Source: a bacterium (GTDB taxonomy: Bacteria > Zixibacteria > MSB-5A5 > GN15 > FEB-12). From it: a stretch of DNA of 64,000 bases. The notes beneath the pieces were generated by a model. The model ran no database searches and had not been told where the DNA came from. It worked only from the letters and a program-made list of their open reading frames with translations. This document shows positions 58,863 through 64,000 of this stretch, one piece after another (positions within the stretch are counted from its first letter, which is position 1; the number at the start of each line of letters is the position of its first letter). The position numbers were made by a program, and so were the translations under genes. The stretch covers positions 84,304 to 148,303 of the forward strand of contig JAHLKV010000004.1 in the NCBI GenBank assembly GCA_020444475.1, written 5' to 3'.

Positions 58863-61279
58863 CTTCATTCAGACGCATTGCTGTGGCATGCGCCTTCATC
58901 GCACTGCTCCTGCCTTCCGGTTCACCCCGCGCACAAACCATTAAGCGTATTCCGATTCCCGACGGTGTGTTTTTCAATGAGCCGGCGGCCGATGCGTTCG
59001 GACTCGAAGCGGCCTGGATCAATCCCGCCGAACTGGGTCGCTACCGGGCGGGAGCGTTTATGGTGATGGCGGATTACTTCGATGGTTCCTTCGCCAAGAG
59101 CTGGGGATGGGCGGCGACCAAGAACCACTTCGTCTCCGCGTATCGCAAGCTCGATCGTCCCGAAGGTGAGTACAAGGAGTGGATCTGGGCCGGTGGCTTC
59201 GAGCTCACCAGCGGTGTACAGCTGGGAGTGGCGTATCGCTATTTCAGCGACGGCCCCGACTTCTACAATAATCGGCACTTCTGGAATCTCGGTATCGCCG
59301 GCGGCTATGGACCGAAATGGCGGTACGGTGTTGTCTTCTCGAATCTAAATCAGGGTCGCGTCAACGGTGAACGTACGGAAACGGAGATGCGGTATTCACT
59401 GGCATTCAAGCCGTACGGTCCGAATTTCACGATCGCCGCTGATATGGCGCTTTCGACAGGGATGAGTGTCTCCGACGCCGACTTCAACTATCATGCCGCC
59501 TACACCCCTCTCCCCGGGTTGTATCTCTACGGCGGTCTCGATTCCGACCAGAATTTCATGCTTGGCTTTCGTACCAACTTGATCGAGTACTTCGTCGGTG
59601 CGCGGAGTCGTTTCAGTGAAGGAGGCGACGGTCGCGGTACGACCGCCTACGCGGGGATAACCGACCATCGGCAGCCTTCGATCCTTCGTCAGCCGCAGCG
59701 TCGTCTGTCACTGGCGCTGTCGGGTCGTCCGTCGGAAAATCCGGTGCGGCCGGTGTTTGGTCGGCAACCTGAAGCGTATGCCACCGTGCTCACGACGATC
59801 TATCGTGCCGCAAAAGACCCGTCGATCTCATCGATGGTGCTTGATCTCAAGCGACTCCGACTGGGGCTGGCGCAGGCCCAGGAGCTTCGTTCGGCGATCG
59901 GGTTTTTCCGCGAGCACGGCAAGCGCGTCACCTGTTATATGGATGGGGCAAACAATATCTCGTACTTCATAGCGGCGGGCTGCGATGAAGTTCTGATTCC
60001 CCCGGTCAGCCGTGTCAATCTGGTCGGCCTGCGAGCCGAGTTATCGTTTTACGCCGGGACGCTGGACAAAATCGGTGTGGAGATGGAGTTGCTGCGGATC
60101 GGAAAGTACAAGTCGGCGACCGAAGCCTATACGCGAGAGTCATCATCCGAAGAATACCGGGTGGAGATCAATCATCTGCTCGATGAGACGTACGACCAGT
60201 TTGTGGGCGCCATTGCCGCGGGCCGGGGAATCTCATCGGATTCGGTGATGGCGCTGATCGACCAGGGACCGTATACATCGGAGGCGGCCCTGGCGGCGGG
60301 GCTGGTCGACGGGTTGGTTTATCGTGACCGCCTGGTTGGAGACTACCTGAAGGGGCTGCCGCAGATTTCGTTCAAGCGCTATCTGTCGGATACGTTGATG
60401 AACGACTCGTGGCAGAAGCGTCCGAAGATTGCGGTGGTTGTCGCGGAGGGGGACGTGGTCGATCAGCTTTCCGGTGTGCCGTTCGGTTCGGACGACAAGG
60501 TCACGCCGGGCGCCATGAGCCGGGCTTTCGCCGCCGCGGTATCAGACCCCGAGGTGAAGGGAATAGTTCTTCGGGTGAACTCACCGGGTGGCGAAGCGCT
60601 CGCCGGTGAGGCGATCCATCGAGCCGCCGAGCGGGCCGCCGAGAAAAAGCCGCTGGTAGTCTCAATGGGAAATGTCTCGGCCTCGGCCGCGTTTTACTTC
60701 AGCACGCCCGCCGAGCGGCTGTTCGCCAGTCCGGGGACGGTGACCGGATCGATCGGCATTTTCGGCGGCAAGGCAGACTTGAGTGGTCTGTACGAGAAGA
60801 TAGCGCTGCACAAGGAGCTGTACACGCGGGGGCGCTATGCAGGGATGATGACCTTCTCGCGGGCTTTCACCGAGGAGGAGCGGGCGAAGTACTTCGGTCA
60901 GCTCAAGGCGATGTACGACCATTTCGTCGACCTCGTCGCAGACAACCGCAACCTGCCGGTCGATTCGATTGATGCGCTTTCGCAGGGGAGGGTATGGAGT
61001 GGTCGTGATGCCCGGCGGGTCGGCCTTATCGACGAGCTGGGTGGCTTGAAAGAAGCGCTCGACTACGCCGCCTCGGAACTCGGTCTCGACGACTACGAGA
61101 TCGTCATTCACCCGGAGCGACGGCCGTTGTTCTTGTTTCCCGGAGGTTCGTTGTTCCGCAGTGTCGCGTCGCTCTTCGTGGGACACGATGGCGGACCCGA
61201 CATGTTGTTGAGTCCGTTGGCGGACGGCGAGGGACCGATCATGATGGCGCGTTTGCCGTTTGACGTGACGATCGAATAG
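58859..61279 (+). CDS. sppA: Signal peptide peptidase SppA (S49, 67K-type, two S49 domains) with N-terminal ~280-aa predicted beta-barrel extension
   Basis: The C-terminal 520 aa hold tandem S49 domains (KIAVVVAEGDV...GIVLRVNSPGG...MGNVSASAAFYFS...GSIGIFGG). The N-terminal region after the signal peptide has amphipathic beta-strand periodicity typical of outer-membrane barrels (YRYFSDG, YGVVFSNL, YSLAFKPYG). Confidence 0.75.
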   Translation: MTSFRRIAVACAFIALLLPSGSPRAQTIKRIPIPDGVFFNEPAADAFGLEAAWINPAELGRYRAGAFMVMADYFDGSFAKSWGWAATKNHFVSAYRKLDRPEGEYKEWIWAGGFELTSGVQLGVAYRYFSDGPDFYNNRHFWNLGIAGGYGPKWRYGVVFSNLNQGRVNGERTETEMRYSLAFKPYGPNFTIAADMALSTGMSVSDADFNYHAAYTPLPGLYLYGGLDSDQNFMLGFRTNLIEYFVGARSRFSEGGDGRGTTAYAGITDHRQPSILRQPQRRLSLALSGRPSENPVRPVFGRQPEAYATVLTTIYRAAKDPSISSMVLDLKRLRLGLAQAQELRSAIGFFREHGKRVTCYMDGANNISYFIAAGCDEVLIPPVSRVNLVGLRAELSFYAGTLDKIGVEMELLRIGKYKSATEAYTRESSSEEYRVEINHLLDETYDQFVGAIAAGRGISSDSVMALIDQGPYTSEAALAAGLVDGLVYRDRLVGDYLKGLPQISFKRYLSDTLMNDSWQKRPKIAVVVAEGDVVDQLSGVPFGSDDKVTPGAMSRAFAAAVSDPEVKGIVLRVNSPGGEALAGEAIHRAAERAAEKKPLVVSMGNVSASAAFYFSTPAERLFASPGTVTGSIGIFGGKADLSGLYEKIALHKELYTRGRYAGMMTFSRAFTEEERAKYFGQLKAMYDHFVDLVADNRNLPVDSIDALSQGRVWSGRDARRVGLIDELGGLKEALDYAASELGLDDYEIVIHPERRPLFLFPGGSLFRSVASLFVGHDGGPDMLLSPLADGEGPIMMARLPFDVTIE

Positions 61280-61380
61280 CGGCCCGGCCCTATATTTATG
61301 GCATACAAAAAGCCCGCCTGAATCGGCGGGCTTTCTGCGTAAGGGCGTCGAGGTGTCGTTCTCAGATGTGATCTTTCAAA

Positions 61381-63087
61381 TCAATATCCGTCCATGGCGA
61401 CCAGGCTTTCCCAGTCGAAGTCGTCGGCGCCATCGGCGTACCCGACGTTGACCTGGCGCCAGCCGGTGCGCTGGAAGACGCGCACGACAGGTGTCTCCGG
61501 CGGCAGCTTGTTGGGGTCATCGAGATCCGTATCGTATCTCCAGTTACGAATCGGCGGATCGTAGTACGTGCCGTTCCAGTTGCCGTTGGCCTGCAGCGAG
61601 TACCAGAGGTTTACCGCCGAACCGCTCCAGTTGAAAGCGCGACCCGACCACGATTCAAGGAAGCGGGGGAGGTTCTCGAAACCGCCGTTGTAGTTCCAAT
61701 CGGTGGTCTCCGTGTTACCCGTAAGGTAGGAAGCATTCACGGTCGTTTCGGTCGCCACCCGTGAGCTCTTGCTCCAGGTGCTCTTGGAGTCATCGAAATT
61801 CTCCGACAGGAAGGTGATCGCGTCGCCCATAAGGGCGGCCGGCTTCTTGTCGACCGAGTTGAAGTCGCCCTTGGTGTAGAGCGGATTCTCACTGCAGATC
61901 GTCAGGGCATCGCCAAGCTCGTCACCGTTGTTGATGCGGATGGCCGGGTACTCGGCCGAGCTGGCGGCTTCGTCCGAGAAGTACACCACGCCGTTGTCGG
62001 GTTCGTACCCGTGGCTGTACATGGCATCCACGTCCAATTCCATCACGTCGACCCACTCGCCTTCGCGCTGGTCATAGAACTGGTCGTTATTGAAGGCGAT
62101 GACGCCGTCGGCGATCATGCTGGCGGTGACATCATTCCACACGCCGCCGACCTTCTGGTAGGCGCGACCATCGATGAACTTCAGGGTCGCTTTATGCTCG
62201 TACGAGTCCGCATTACCGCCGTCAGCGCGCTCGATGATCTTGTGCGGATCATCGACGTTGGTCAGCGGCAGGTTCAACTCGCCCTGCCCGTGAGCGCCGT
62301 CCTGTACGCGACCGTCCCAGCGGTTGACCGAGGCATTGTACCAGCTGGTGTCGGCATGGGTGAGCCAGCCGTCGCCGTTGACGTCGGTCGGCGCCGAAGC
62401 CTGTACGGACTGGTAGTTGCCGGCAGCGTCCTTAATCAGGACGTCACCGCCGGAGACACCACCGGGTCCCTTGCGGCCATGTAGGAACTCACCGCTGCAC
62501 GTCACGTAGGAGTCCATCCGCAAGGTCGCGTTGGCCTGCACCCAGAGGTTCCCGTTGGAATGCACGCGACCGATCAGGGTCATCTCAGGCCCCGGGGCGA
62601 TTTCCAGATCGTTGCCGTAAAACACGGCGAACTGGAAGATCGGCACCAGTGCCGTTTCGAATGACTGCTGGAGGGCCACACGCGAGTTGTCGGCCACTCT
62701 GTAGCCGGCCGCGGAAATCGTAAACGACTTCACCAGCGCGTGCAGGCCGGCCAGGGTGCCGGTCGTCAGCGTTCGCTGTGTCGCCGGACCATCGTCGGCC
62801 GTCAGATAGCGCACCCGGCAGCCGTTGATCGAATCACTGCCGGAGGGCATGGTCGTAGGCGGCACGCCGGTGGTTTCATATTCAAACTGCAGGGCGGCAG
62901 CGGCGGCTTCGAGTCCCGCCTCCGCGGCATAGAAGGATCGCATCTCCTGCAGTTCGTTGCCGGCGATGCTGACCTCGTCATCGGATGTCGACAGGGCCGC
63001 CAGTCCGATCAGTGTCAACATGCCAACCATGATCAGGGCAATCACCGTGACGATGCCCTGTTCGGATTTCAGTTTCGTACGTATCAT
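61381..63087 (-). CDS. Large PilX-N-like pseudopilin (type IV pilus/T2SS minor pilin-like)
   Basis: The N-terminus EQGIVTVIALIMVGMLTLIGLAALSTSDDEVSIAGNELQEMRSFYAAEAGLE matches the PilX_N pattern. It has the class-III signal-like features: a positively charged leader, G, then a hydrophobic helix. The ~500-aa beta-rich body ends ...PPETPVVRVFQRTGWRQVNVGYA.... Confidence 0.6.
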   Translation of the reverse strand: MIRTKLKSEQGIVTVIALIMVGMLTLIGLAALSTSDDEVSIAGNELQEMRSFYAAEAGLEAAAAALQFEYETTGVPPTTMPSGSDSINGCRVRYLTADDGPATQRTLTTGTLAGLHALVKSFTISAAGYRVADNSRVALQQSFETALVPIFQFAVFYGNDLEIAPGPEMTLIGRVHSNGNLWVQANATLRMDSYVTCSGEFLHGRKGPGGVSGGDVLIKDAAGNYQSVQASAPTDVNGDGWLTHADTSWYNASVNRWDGRVQDGAHGQGELNLPLTNVDDPHKIIERADGGNADSYEHKATLKFIDGRAYQKVGGVWNDVTASMIADGVIAFNNDQFYDQREGEWVDVMELDVDAMYSHGYEPDNGVVYFSDEAASSAEYPAIRINNGDELGDALTICSENPLYTKGDFNSVDKKPAALMGDAITFLSENFDDSKSTWSKSSRVATETTVNASYLTGNTETTDWNYNGGFENLPRFLESWSGRAFNWSGSAVNLWYSLQANGNWNGTYYDPPIRNWRYDTDLDDPNKLPPETPVVRVFQRTGWRQVNVGYADGADDFDWESLVAMDGY

Positions 63088-63242
63088 AAGTCTACACCTG
63101 CCTTCTGATGAGCCTTGGTCTCAGTCCGTCACCAGTGTGTCTCCTCGGTTTTCAGTGGCTGGCTGAGATCGAGTCACCGACCGCGGCTTCAGCTGCGGTC
63201 GGATATGCCGGACTTTCTTACCTTCTGTTGCCACTCGTATCG

Positions 63243-64000
63243 TCAGTTGCCTGTTCCTTCGGCCAGATCCCAATCGAAGTCGTTCGCACTCTGGGCGTAG
63301 CCGACGTTGACCTGTCGCCAGCCGGTTCGCTGGAACACTCGCACCACCGGCGTTTCCGGCGGGAGCTTGTTGGGATCGTCAAGATCAGTGTCATATGCCC
63401 ACACGCGGGTTGGCGCCCGATAGTAGCCTCCGGATTCGGGACGCCAGGTGGCGGTGGCCTGCTGTGAATACCAGAGATGAATCGCCGAGCCGGTCCACCG
63501 GAAGTCTCGCCCGCCCCAATACTCAAGAAAACGCGGCAGGTTGTGGAATCCACCGGACTCGACTCCCGGTCCCGTTTCCACACCGCCGGTAACATATGAA
63601 GCGTTGATTGTGGTCGACTGAGCCACCCGATTCGTGTAGTACAGGGTGCTCTTGGAGTCGTCGAACGACGCCGAGAGCACTGTCAGGGCGTCCGATATGA
63701 AGGACGCCGGCTTTTTGTCCACGGAATTGAAGTTGCCGACCGTGTAAATCGGATTCTCGCAGGCAATAGTCAGGCCGTCGCCCAGTTCCTCCGCATTGTG
63801 CAGCCGGAGGGCCGGCCAATCGCTGGAGCTGGATACTTCGTCCGAGAAATATATGACGCCGTTGCTGGGGGCATAGCCGTGGTCGTACATCGCCTGGACG
63901 TCGAGTTCGAAGGCATCCACCCATTCGTACTCTCGCTGATCATAAAACTCGTCACTGGTCTGCGTAATGACACCGTCGGCGATCATGTTCGCCGTGACGT
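63243..64000 (-). CDS. Second PilX-like paralog (partial; N-terminus beyond window edge)
   Basis: The C-terminal 250 aa are strongly similar to the 61381..63087 protein, and the ...NKLPPETPVVRVFQRTGWRQVNVGYA segment is identical. The ORF is open to the window edge. Confidence 0.55.
   Translation of the reverse strand, partial: VTANMIADGVITQTSDEFYDQREYEWVDAFELDVQAMYDHGYAPSNGVIYFSDEVSSSSDWPALRLHNAEELGDGLTIACENPIYTVGNFNSVDKKPASFISDALTVLSASFDDSKSTLYYTNRVAQSTTINASYVTGGVETGPGVESGGFHNLPRFLEYWGGRDFRWTGSAIHLWYSQQATATWRPESGGYYRAPTRVWAYDTDLDDPNKLPPETPVVRVFQRTGWRQVNVGYAQSANDFDWDLAEGTGN

Noticed and set aside
61381-64000. Mobile element or IS duplication suggested by repeated sequence at the window end
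   Set aside because: The similarity is confined to the coding C-termini of two paralogous pilin-like genes. There are no transposase genes or inverted terminal repeats.

Overview
High-GC (~60%) bacterial chromosomal window, densely coded on both strands. No rRNA, tRNA or CRISPR array was found. In order: the 3' end of an upstream gene with a PAPEAK-type low-complexity tail; the distal NADH dehydrogenase operon nuoJ-K-L-M-N; a DUF502 membrane protein and a PtsN-like EIIA fused to a CBS pair; a divergent PhoU / Na-Pi cotransporter pair; secD-secF; a DUF4159 protein, a 1140-aa coiled-coil Gln-rich membrane protein, a TPR protein and a DUF2723 O-mannosyltransferase-like TPR membrane protein; an EamA transporter; a secreted protein built of ~22-aa GNDxY/GDDxY repeats; glnA followed by ~1 kb of structured non-coding DNA; an SDR (YdfG-like) gene bracketed by two unrelated tandem-repeat arrays (186 bp x2.65 and 142 bp x2.2); an NfeD-flotillin-unknown operon; an M23 peptidase; ECF sigma factor, CopA, cytoplasmic histidine kinase, CheW-REC (CheV-like) protein, membrane histidine kinase and OmpR regulator; a GYD protein; pth, rpsF, rpsR, a polytopic membrane protein and rplI; a DUF151 nuclease; a TPR plus periplasmic-binding-domain (LpoA/LivK-like) protein; a tight cassette of three unknown genes; DUF721-gyrB; two DUF2807/DUF4097 putative adhesins; a double zinc-ribbon protein; a patatin-POTRA-Omp85 (type Vd-like) protein; a TrmH methyltransferase; a predicted beta-barrel fused to SppA; and two tandem paralogous PilX-N-like giant pseudopilin genes, the second truncated by the window edge. 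The most unusual elements are the structured tandem-repeat arrays around the SDR gene, the GNDxY-repeat protein, the beta-barrel-SppA fusion and the duplicated PilX-like giants. Gene content hints at an FCB-group or Gemmatimonadota-like or candidate-phylum organism, but this cannot be confirmed without a search. All calls rest on reading the supplied ORF translations and the raw sequence; no database search was run.
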